Counted from the stretch's first letter, positions 1 to 7,621 are shown. The stretch: DNA of 11,121 bases from Candidatus Heimdallarchaeota archaeon (GCA_046761065.1 JBHIFL010000113.1:1-11121), one strand, 5' to 3'. Numbers and translations: made by a program. The notes: generated by a model not told the origin, from the letters alone.

Positions 1-53
1 TCGAACAGATGTACCTATCCCTCGCCCGCATGATGCTCGAGGAGGTCAAATAG
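1..53 (+). CDS. 3' end of an upstream gene (partial), ...EQMYLSLARMMLEEVK*; possibly the C-terminal helix of a small GTPase
   Basis: Open frame from nt 3 to TAG 51-53. The amphipathic peptide resembles helix alpha5 of Ras/Rab-like GTPases, but only 16 residues are visible. Confidence 0.35.
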   Translation, partial: EQMYLSLARMMLEEVK

Positions 54-424
54 CTGTAAGGGACCAAGAGGAGTACGAAGAGAGATTTGATGATCGAAAC
101 AATGACACGGACATCCAAGCACACGTCCGGTGGCAGCCCCCTAGACAAAGAAATCGGAGACCTAATTAAGGACATATGGTTGAAGGAGGTTGTTTCAGTT
201 CAATTATTCGGAATCAGGTGCAGTCCCGAGTTTTAAAGGACCTTATTTGGATTAACAATTTCTAGGGATGAGGAGAGTTGAATCTGAGACCGAGGCGACG
301 AAATGAGGGCAAGAATAAACCGATAAGATCATCGAGTGATTTAAATCCCAGTTCACGTAATCCAAAATGAAGCATGAAGTTCACGGAGACACATAAATTA
401 TTTGTCCATCTCACTAATTTCGAT

Positions 425-442
425 GGAAAACATTTTTACTAC
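425..442 (+). promoter_or_regulatory. Putative archaeal-type BRE/TATA promoter of the endonuclease gene
   Basis: GGAAAA followed by CATTTTTACT about 35 nt upstream of TTG 472. GAGGAG SD at 460-465. Confidence 0.3.
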
Positions 443-471
443 CTCAGATATTTGTTGTTGAGGAGTTATTC

Positions 472-1330
472 TTGGGTTCACGACAAGTTGTTTATGATTT
501 CATCCAAAAATTATCGAGTAGAGCGCATTACGGGCTGAGAGGCGAAAAGCCACTAGCAATAATTGCCACTCTTGAATATGTTCGAAAGAATAAGTTGTAC
601 GGCAAAACACTACTTGAATTGATCGACAACCACAACAATCCGATTAGAAACGAATTTTTAGAGGTAGCAAATCGATTCGGAAGGCTTAGCAATCCGAACA
701 ATTCCTGGAGCGTAATTACTGGCCCGGATCAAGAGTTACAGAACGCAATTAAGCACCACAGATTGGTTAATCAAGCATTTACGAATTTGACTGCCGATGA
801 GGTCAATGAGCTACTGAAAAGCCTCTATCAACGATTGGAAAAGCTCTCCCGTAGAAGGGAAGACAAACATAATTCATTTAACACCGCAAACACATCCCAG
901 GCCCAGGAAAATCACGCACAGGAAATAGTAGAATACTCTTTCAAGGGTGCAAAAACCATTTTAGGCATGTTACTAAACGAAATAAGGGAAGTCATAAAAT
1001 CTTCCACACGAAGGCATAACGAGATAATTTCCTCCTTTAGGAGAAGAGGTTGGAATACCGAGGTCTCGCTACTAGCTTCATATAGATGCGATGTGTACAA
1101 AGATTATGTCGCCATAGAGGTAGAATCTACAGACAAATCGAGTGTAATTGATGTATTGCACCGGAACTTCTTCAGATTCTGGATCCTTTATAGAATGAAG
1201 AAGATCAAGGCCGCTATTCTAATTACTTCATACAGAAGGGAGAGGTCAACTTCCACAGGGTTTTAGAAGACCTAGAAACCTAAGGGATTATTACGACGTC
1301 CCATTACACGTCATCGGGATAAAAAGCTAA
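472..1330 (+). pseudogene. Two-domain restriction endonuclease-like protein (helical N-terminal domain plus BglII/BstYI/BamHI-fold nuclease), frameshifted near the 3' end (pseudogene or sequencing error); called ORF 472..1266
   Basis: EYSFKGAKTIL, RRGWNTE and CDVYKDYVAIEVE (D207, E216, E218) and AAILIT match the BglII/BstYI-like pattern. The expected tail continues in other frames: GEVNFHRVLEDLET (1239-1280), then DYYDVPLHVIGIKS* (1286-1330). GAGGAG precedes the TTG start. Confidence 0.7.
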
Positions 1331-1459
1331 TATTCTGGGCTTGTATGGTTTCTCCTTTTCGTAGATGGTAGTAGGGCAGCTTAGAGGTTATGATCCACTT
1401 GACTACGGTAGATTAAAATTACCAAAGTACAGTAATATGAGAGGGAGGTCAAAACAGAG

Positions 1460-4400
1460 ATGTCGTTCTCCCCGTCTGCCTTGCTTGAGGAGCTGAGAGA
1501 GTCTTCTGACTTTAATGTAATTCATTATCAGCACTTATCGTCTGACGGTGCGGAATGGGGGCGGGATATTACCGAAATCGGGTTGCCTGATGCCTTGGTA
1601 ACATTGCTGCATGAAAGAGGAATTAACCGCCTGTTCAAATTTCAGGATCAGGCTTTACAAAAGATTCTTGCCGGACACGATACGGTCATTCTTGCACCGA
1701 CGGCAAATGGCAAGACGGAAGCCTTTTTGCTGCCCATCCTGTTACAATTAGAGCCCACGGATCCGAATGTCCGGGCACTTCTGATCTATCCAACCAACGC
1801 CTTAGTCAATGATCAATTCCGAAAGATACAGCCGCTCGCGACAAATATTGGCCTACAAGTGGCGTGTTTCATCGGAGATACATCACGAGAAGCACGCGAA
1901 CAGATGTTTCGGAACCCGCCGAACATCCTCTTGACAAACATCGACACGATCCACGCAAATTTGGCCAAGAGTCGCGCAAAAGACCAATTCAAGCAGTTGA
2001 TCCGATCGGTTCGTTTTATCATCTTAGATGAAATCCATATTTACAAGGGAACCTTTGGATCTCACGCGCATATGATTCTCAAACGCCTTAAGCGACTAGC
2101 AGAAGAAGTCCCCGTGACCATTGGTGCAAGTGCTACCCTCTCCAATGCTCTAACGTTCGTTACAAAGTTTTTTGGCCCTAAAACGGAGATTGTTACGTGT
2201 GGGAAACCGCGGGAGTATTCGGTGCATGTGGTCATGGTCTATCCCCAGATCCCTTATCAAGAGGCCATCAATGCGATAGTCAGAAAGCTCGAGGAACAGG
2301 AAGTCAAGACCCTAGTCTTTGCAAATGATCACCGGTCAAGTGAGATCACGGTACGGACGCTGCGTAAGGACGACATAAAGGCGGGACTTCATCGGAGTGG
2401 GTTGTCCATCAAGCGGCGTAAGCAGCTTGAAGGGGCCTTTCGAGAGGGAAGGCTCAAGGTGCTTGTTGCGACACCTACGATGGAATTGGGCGTGGACATA
2501 GGCAGTTTGGATGCCATTGTTTCTCCAGTCATTAACCTAACCCGGACTCAACAACGGATCGGGCGGGCGGGAAGGGAGGGCCAAGAGAGTTTTGCGGCAA
2601 TCATTCTCCGAAAAGCTGATGCTATCTCCGAATTCTACCGCCGGTTCCCCGAGAAATACTTTGAAGATAGAGAGGCCCTATATTTTGAGCCGCACAACGT
2701 CATAATCCTGAAAGATCAGCTCCTAGCAGCCGCGGCAGATGAACCCCTGTACGAGCGGGAAATGGAAGAATATTTACCTCTCTTGGAAGAAATGGTTGGG
2801 GAGGCGCTTCTACAGCGAGGCGAACCACCTGCACGCCGCTATAGTTTGACCCTCCAAGGACGAAAGCGTCTTTTTGGGTATAATATCCGAGGAGGAACCA
2901 AGACAGCACAGATTATCGATGTGAACACAGGAGAACCCCTTGGAACAGGACGAGAATTCCCGATGGCAACCCGCGAACTGCACCCAGGGGCGATCTACTC
3001 TTTGGAGGGTCGTACCTATAAATCCCTCACGTTTGACGTTGAAGCGGGTGAAGCCCAGGTTTACGAAATACAGAGCCAGCATTCGACCACGGCTCTTTAT
3101 TCCGTCCATGCTCAGCTCTTGGAAAGGGGAGAAACGCATAAACTCGAAAACTTGATTCTTGAACATGGACCAGTCTCGGTGACGGAGGTAGTGACTGGGT
3201 ATCTTGATCGGGGACCAGATGGCTCCATCGTGAACCAACACGAAATCACGCCGATCGAGTACACCTTTCAAACGGAAGGCTTGATCTTTCGATTCAGAAC
3301 GCTTGACCGGATTGAAAAACAGAACCGAATGCCCTTGCTCCATACCCTAGAGCACCTAGCGATCCTGAGTGCTGCGCAGATAACCGGGGGAGAACTCCGT
3401 GAATTTGGAGGCTTTTTTGAGAACGGGGAGGAACTCATCCTGTATGAGAGTACACCGGGCGGAAACGGCCTCATTACGTTACTGCTTGGTCGCCTAGAAC
3501 GCTTCTTACAGCGCCTTCATCTCATCCTGCAAGAGTGTGACCATCGGACACAAGACGGGGAGGCTTGCCCGTGCGTTTTCCTCTACTATTGTGGCAAACG
3601 GAACCATGACCTAGATAAAAGCCTTGCACGGGAATTCCTTACGGATTTGCTGGGTCCCCTAATGGATCGAATGGTGGGACCAACAGAAGAACTCCACCCA
3701 ATTGCAGAACCCCTCAGAGCAGAAATACTCGACGTCCTGAAGCAAGGACCTCTTGTCCTTGTTAAGAAGGGGCATTCGGTATTTGCTCATCCCCCAATTT
3801 GGCAGGTTACCTCTCCAACGGCGTTGGAAGAAGCCCTCAGGGAATTTCCCAATGATTGGTGGGAAGCTGGGAAGCTGGACGAGAGTGGGATCTTCACCCC
3901 CACCCTGAAGCCAACTACCCCAGTAGCCCCAATAAAAGAGGCGTTGGGTCTACCTCTTCCTTCTGGTAAGTTCATCGCCGAGGATGGTCATCGGGTGCGT
4001 TCTCGGGGAGAGCTGCTTATCGACAACTGGTTGTATCACCACGGAATTCTCCATGTGTATGAAAAGCTCATTTCTCGTTCTAGGGCAGTAACGATGCGCT
4101 GTGACTTCTATCTCCCTGAATTAGATCGTTACATTGAGTATTGGGGCCTGGAGACCGACGAGTATCAACAACGCCGACAAGAGAAGGAACAGCTTTACCA
4201 GACACTGGGATTAAAGCTCTTCTCGGTAGAGAATACGGATATCTATGATTTGGACGCACATCTCAGCAGCTTACTACACGATCAACGAGCAGCTGTCCCT
4301 AGCTCCTTGCCCGCAAGCCCGCATTCTATGTCAATTAAGGAAACAAAAGACGCCCGAACCAACGAACGGGTGCATCTTCGTGGAAAGAGAATTATTGGTC

Positions 4401-4702
4401 AGATGAGAACTATGCCAGAAGCGAAGATCACTTCCACAGGAAGATCCTACGTCGAGTTGGTTGTGCAAGACGCCACCAGTGCTGCAGTGATCCAGGTTTG
4501 GGGGGATAATTCCATTGAAAATGTCCGCCAAGCCTTAGCTCTCTCTGAGGGCGAAACGGTTGTACTTGACGACCCCATACTTCCTCCAACTCACTATCGT
4601 TCCGCAGAAATTTGGATTCATCAGTCGCAGTCCAAAATACGAAAAATCCACCGTGAGCGAGAATCAGGAACCAGCGTATCCCAGAATAACGTTGGAGTCT
4701 AA
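1460..4702 (+). CDS. YprA/MrfA/Hrq1(SftH)-like DEAD/DEAH-box SF2 helicase with DUF1998 Cys4 domain, fused to a C-terminal PD-(D/E)XK-type nuclease and an OB-fold
   Basis: Q motif LFKFQ; Walker A APTANGKT (aa79-86); Ia YPTNALVNDQ; II DEIH (aa190); III SAT; V ATPTMELGVDIG; VI QRIGRAGR (aa365); ELHPGAIY; HTLEH and YESTPGGNG; C693/C703/C705/C711 followed by NHDLDK. Then DGHRVRSRGELLIDNWL...CDF...YIEYWG, and GRSYVELVVQDATSAAVIQVWG. SD GGAGGT at 1444-1449. Confidence 0.92.
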   Translation: MSFSPSALLEELRESSDFNVIHYQHLSSDGAEWGRDITEIGLPDALVTLLHERGINRLFKFQDQALQKILAGHDTVILAPTANGKTEAFLLPILLQLEPTDPNVRALLIYPTNALVNDQFRKIQPLATNIGLQVACFIGDTSREAREQMFRNPPNILLTNIDTIHANLAKSRAKDQFKQLIRSVRFIILDEIHIYKGTFGSHAHMILKRLKRLAEEVPVTIGASATLSNALTFVTKFFGPKTEIVTCGKPREYSVHVVMVYPQIPYQEAINAIVRKLEEQEVKTLVFANDHRSSEITVRTLRKDDIKAGLHRSGLSIKRRKQLEGAFREGRLKVLVATPTMELGVDIGSLDAIVSPVINLTRTQQRIGRAGREGQESFAAIILRKADAISEFYRRFPEKYFEDREALYFEPHNVIILKDQLLAAAADEPLYEREMEEYLPLLEEMVGEALLQRGEPPARRYSLTLQGRKRLFGYNIRGGTKTAQIIDVNTGEPLGTGREFPMATRELHPGAIYSLEGRTYKSLTFDVEAGEAQVYEIQSQHSTTALYSVHAQLLERGETHKLENLILEHGPVSVTEVVTGYLDRGPDGSIVNQHEITPIEYTFQTEGLIFRFRTLDRIEKQNRMPLLHTLEHLAILSAAQITGGELREFGGFFENGEELILYESTPGGNGLITLLLGRLERFLQRLHLILQECDHRTQDGEACPCVFLYYCGKRNHDLDKSLAREFLTDLLGPLMDRMVGPTEELHPIAEPLRAEILDVLKQGPLVLVKKGHSVFAHPPIWQVTSPTALEEALREFPNDWWEAGKLDESGIFTPTLKPTTPVAPIKEALGLPLPSGKFIAEDGHRVRSRGELLIDNWLYHHGILHVYEKLISRSRAVTMRCDFYLPELDRYIEYWGLETDEYQQRRQEKEQLYQTLGLKLFSVENTDIYDLDAHLSSLLHDQRAAVPSSLPASPHSMSIKETKDARTNERVHLRGKRIIGQMRTMPEAKITSTGRSYVELVVQDATSAAVIQVWGDNSIENVRQALALSEGETVVLDDPILPPTHYRSAEIWIHQSQSKIRKIHRERESGTSVSQNNVGV

Positions 4703-4742
4703 AAGTTTGTAACTTGAAGGATAATCCACTTTAGTAGATCCT

Positions 4743-4795
4743 GACAAGCTAGGAGAGATGGAGAAAACCAAAATGAGCACTTGTCTAGCTTTTTT
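4743..4795 (+). terminator. Possible terminator: inverted repeat followed by a T tract after the helicase
   Basis: AAGCTAG (4746-4752) and CTAGCTT (4785-4791) are a perfect inverted pair. GACAAG/CTTGTC is an alternative pairing. A T-run follows. Confidence 0.3.
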
Positions 4796-4863
4796 ATTCA
4801 CAATATTTTTACAAAGCAAAAAACGCAACTATAGCAATCATCCAAGTCAGGAGTAAATGCAAC

Positions 4864-5457
4864 ATGCTACAAATTGAGACGCAGTTAGCGGCCTTCTACG
4901 CCAATATCAACACAGCGTGCTTTCGATGCCTTATGGCACCCAAAACGGGCCGTATCAATGCCAAAGGCTACTGGGTGGAACCGAAGAATATCTCAATGTG
5001 GCGCTCCTACGGCTTCATTCCCGTCGATTCCCTAAAAAGAACACGGTATTCGGTTGTCGCCTTCGTGGGCAAAAAGCCAACATGGAACATTGATGAGCCT
5101 GATCCGAAAAAGGGGGGCCGCTTTGATAGGATCAAGCGGGAAATGGTGGAGCTTATGCCCGGGTCGCTTGTTGTTGATTGGGTTTTCTGTCGGGGGGATG
5201 CTAATGCAAAAATCACAGGTGAGGAAATTCGAAACTGCCAAGAGAACCTTCAGAAACTACTGATTATGGCGCGGATCGAGGCCGTCGTAGCAACAGGCAA
5301 AGGGGTTCGCCGCTGGTTTGAGAACTATTGGCCGAAGCCCCGTACATTCGTGCTCGAAACTTGTGAGCATCCATCGGATCCCACGGTAAGCGATAACAAA
5401 AAACGCTTATCCGTGAAGGACATCTGTGCCAAATGGATCGATTTGAAGATACTGTAA
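4864..5457 (+). CDS. Divergent uracil-DNA glycosylase superfamily protein (family 4/5-like, probable 4Fe-4S cluster)
   Basis: C19-x2-C22 and C109-x15-C125; VAFVGKKP at motif A; VVDWVFCR; EEIRNCQENL; VVATG; C-terminal HPS (motif B). AGGAG SD at 4849-4853. Confidence 0.8.
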   Translation: MLQIETQLAAFYANINTACFRCLMAPKTGRINAKGYWVEPKNISMWRSYGFIPVDSLKRTRYSVVAFVGKKPTWNIDEPDPKKGGRFDRIKREMVELMPGSLVVDWVFCRGDANAKITGEEIRNCQENLQKLLIMARIEAVVATGKGVRRWFENYWPKPRTFVLETCEHPSDPTVSDNKKRLSVKDICAKWIDLKIL

Positions 5458-5470
5458 CCGCTACCGCTTC

Positions 5471-5585
5471 TCGTCATCCACCGTCTGGATGACGAACCAG
5501 AGGAACGGGTGTACCCATCGGTTCTGTTTTTTTCAAAAAAACTTCCCTGCGAAAATTAGCCGAATACTTGTTGTGCGCCGGCTAA
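5471..5585. repeat. Cluster of inverted repeats (hairpins), possibly including a bidirectional terminator
   Basis: TCGTCATCCA/TGGATGACGA (5471-5480/5486-5495, perfect 10 bp); GAAC-GGGT..ACCC-GTTC (5503-5524); G-T7-C-A7-C (5526-5542); TTAGCCG/CGGCTAA (5556-5562/5579-5585). Confidence 0.6.
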
Positions 5586-5685
5586 GTGAATGGCTCAACA
5601 GAACCTACCCTACGAGGGCAAACCCTCCATCCGCTGTTCTTCCAGTCTTTTTGGGAAAAAGGAATAGGAAGAAGAATAAACCATA

Positions 5686-5701
5686 GAAAAATATATTAAA
5701 A
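5686..5701 (+). promoter_or_regulatory. Putative archaeal BRE plus TATA box of the YaaA-RelE gene (likely leaderless or short-leader)
   Basis: GAAAAA-TATATTAAA about 30-40 nt upstream of ATG 5731. No SD precedes the ATG. Confidence 0.45.
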
Positions 5702-5730
5702 ATAGTTAATCATATTACTTTTGTGATTAT

Positions 5731-6915
5731 ATGCCAACCAATGAAATGTCATACAAGCCTGACAGTAAAATATTGATCGTAACCATTTGTTCACTAAACA
5801 AGGAAGATGGAGGAAAACCAGAATATAACATGAAGGATTCGATCAGATCCAAATTAGGGGGATGGCAAATCACATATCTACTCAAGACCCGCGAAGTAAT
5901 CCGAAATATGATATTGCAGAACATGATTGCTTACCAAAAAGTTCCGGGTTCAGAGCATCCATTAAATAAAAACCTAGTACGTGGAAAAGATTTCGGGGGC
6001 AAGAGACGTGCCAACTATTTACCCGCCATTGAGAGATATTCTGGACGATTCTACGGCGCGTTAGGAAAAAAGGGCAAAGAAAAATTGCTCCGTTCTCGAC
6101 ATCATGTTCTTATTCTATCTGGGCTTTATGGATTGGTAACCCCAACCGAACCAATTCAGTTATACAGTTGTCCGCTTGAGGAAGATTCAGTGGTTCAAAA
6201 AATCTGGCAGAAAGATAATGGTCTGACAAAAGTCCTTTTGGACTACATTAAAAAGGAAGGAATTGAACGCATCTTTGATCTAACGGGTCGTAAAGACTAT
6301 CGCAACCTTATTAACTGGTCTACTATCTGTAATGAAACAGGGGCAGAAGTTCTCTATTGTTTCTCAGTTATAGGTGCTGGGGAGGATGCATTGGTATCAT
6401 TTGGGAAGAATTTGAAAGAATTTTTGTTGGAAGCCTCAGAAGAAGACCTCCTGGCTATTAAGCCTGAAACAATAAGAAAAAGAGTCCTGTTTCGTACAAT
6501 TCCAGAGCCCCCGAAGGGTCTGCCAACGAAAGAAGAACGCAAGATTATCCGACAAGCGGAACGTGAAAGAAATCAACGTCCGTCATATTTTCTCAAGGAT
6601 TTTCCAAAAGCATTAGAACTAGATCTACTTGGAGATATTAGAGCGGATCAAGAACCACCATCGAAGTATTGGAAGCTTTCCTTTAGTTCCGAGTTTGAGA
6701 AGAATGTTCGTACCTATAAGAATCTTGGAGGGAGGATTCTTAAGGCAATTATGAAGCTTAGCAAAAATCCAACAAAACCAATTGGTAATACTATCATACA
6801 ACTAACCAAACCATATGAGCGTTATTGGCGTATTCGTGTTGGAACGTATCGACTCTTTTATGAGCCGATTAAAGAGACAAAAACAGTATTTCTTATGGCA
6901 TTTGGCCCAAAATAA
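5731..6915 (+). CDS. YaaA/DUF328-like domain fused to a C-terminal RelE/ParE-family toxin domain
   Basis: N-terminal part: LIVTICSLNK, YLPAIERYSGRFY, VLILSGLYGLVTPTEPIQLY and IFDLT (YaaA-like). C-terminal aa313-394: WKLSFSSEFEKNV...RILKAIMKLSKNP...YWRIRVGTYRLFY (RelE-like). Confidence 0.85.
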   Translation: MPTNEMSYKPDSKILIVTICSLNKEDGGKPEYNMKDSIRSKLGGWQITYLLKTREVIRNMILQNMIAYQKVPGSEHPLNKNLVRGKDFGGKRRANYLPAIERYSGRFYGALGKKGKEKLLRSRHHVLILSGLYGLVTPTEPIQLYSCPLEEDSVVQKIWQKDNGLTKVLLDYIKKEGIERIFDLTGRKDYRNLINWSTICNETGAEVLYCFSVIGAGEDALVSFGKNLKEFLLEASEEDLLAIKPETIRKRVLFRTIPEPPKGLPTKEERKIIRQAERERNQRPSYFLKDFPKALELDLLGDIRADQEPPSKYWKLSFSSEFEKNVRTYKNLGGRILKAIMKLSKNPTKPIGNTIIQLTKPYERYWRIRVGTYRLFYEPIKETKTVFLMAFGPK

Positions 6916-6971
6916 ACGCTGGATCCACTATGTCTTTGCAATCACACAATCAAAAACCAAAATACGGTATG

Positions 6972-7024
6972 GCTGAACTAAGTTGGTAAAACTGGATTTA
7001 CGCCAGATAACCAAAGGGTTAGAC
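6972..7024 (+). other. attC-like imperfect hairpin (integron-cassette-type recombination site candidate)
   Basis: GCTGAAC-N5-TGGTAAAACTGG-loop7-CCAGATAACCA-N4-GTTAGAC: AAC...GTT core sites and a perfect GTTRRRY. Read on the minus strand, GTCTAAC (RYYYAAC) contains the stop of the CPBP gene. It is short (53 bp) and has arm mismatches. Confidence 0.35.
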
Positions 7025-7621
7025 ATCACAAAATAGTGTGCAGAAAAGAACTGAACAAAGGGATGCCATAAAAATGATCACTATAAAGTATTGCAATCCA
7101 AAGCCAGGAGTATAGTAATGTGTACTGGCAAAGACGAGATTAGCTATGAGAAAATGGGCAATTGCAAGAGGGACTGAAACACCTCTGATCACTCTTTGAG
7201 CAAAACAAAGACGTTTTGCAGAAACTTGTAGTACCCAGTAAGGGAGTAATACCCGGCACATAAATTCTTCTGTGAGTGGAGCAAAGACCACAGTTGCCAA
7301 CTTATCTTTATTTTCTTCTATCATTAACGATAGGAAAATGTATAACCCAAGTATTATTACAGCAATAATTGTCACAGTTCGGTTTTTATTTAATTTCCAA
7401 CTTTTAGGACGAATAAAGTCAGCAAATATACTTCGTTTCTTGTATACCGTATAAAATCCGAGAAGGAGGGATCCAAAGTAAAACACAACAAGACCTGGAT
7501 GAGATAAAATAAATTCTCTATTTCTAGGGATTGTCAATAGGCAGAGTAAAGAAATGAAAAACGCGAGAAACGCTAGAAACGAGAAATGATGGTCTTTGAG
7601 TTCATCAAACGCCTTTTTCAA
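7019..7621 (-). CDS. CPBP family (CAAX protease/Abi) intramembrane metalloprotease, lacking the last HxxxN motif
   Basis: Multiple hydrophobic segments; APLTEEFMCR (EExxxR); VFASTH (FxxxH). TTG start with GAAGGGA upstream. The ORF ends before any HxxxN motif. Confidence 0.8.
   Translation of the reverse strand: MKKAFDELKDHHFSFLAFLAFFISLLCLLTIPRNREFILSHPGLVVFYFGSLLLGFYTVYKKRSIFADFIRPKSWKLNKNRTVTIIAVIILGLYIFLSLMIEENKDKLATVVFAPLTEEFMCRVLLPYWVLQVSAKRLCFAQRVIRGVSVPLAIAHFLIANLVFASTHYYTPGFGLQYFIVIIFMASLCSVLFCTLFCDV

Noticed and set aside
90-236. 48-aa ORF MIETMTRTSKHTSGGSPLDKEIGDLIKDIW...
   Set aside because: Short, no recognisable motif, and overlapping frames are similarly open. It could be a gene relic but cannot be supported.
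350-385. Direct repeat AGTTCACG x2 (350-357, 378-385)
   Set aside because: Only two 8-bp copies, compatible with chance. Not a CRISPR or iteron array.
1325-1393. Possible third attC-like site (AGCTAAT...GTTATGA) after the endonuclease stop
   Set aside because: The core is AAT rather than AAC, and the arms pair only through several G-T wobbles.
912-5263. Short alternative-frame ORFs (912-1100, 1813-2022, 2700-2909, 2810-3343, 2940-3155, 3268-3474, 3787-3975, 4331-4531, 5007-5216, 5032-5241, 5054-5263)
   Set aside because: They lie wholly inside motif-supported genes and have no motifs of their own; shadow ORFs.
5489-5686. 65-aa ORF as a possible antitoxin upstream of the RelE fusion
   Set aside because: Runs through hairpins and homopolymer tracts, has no SD, is basic rather than acidic, and shows no RHH, Phd or HTH pattern.
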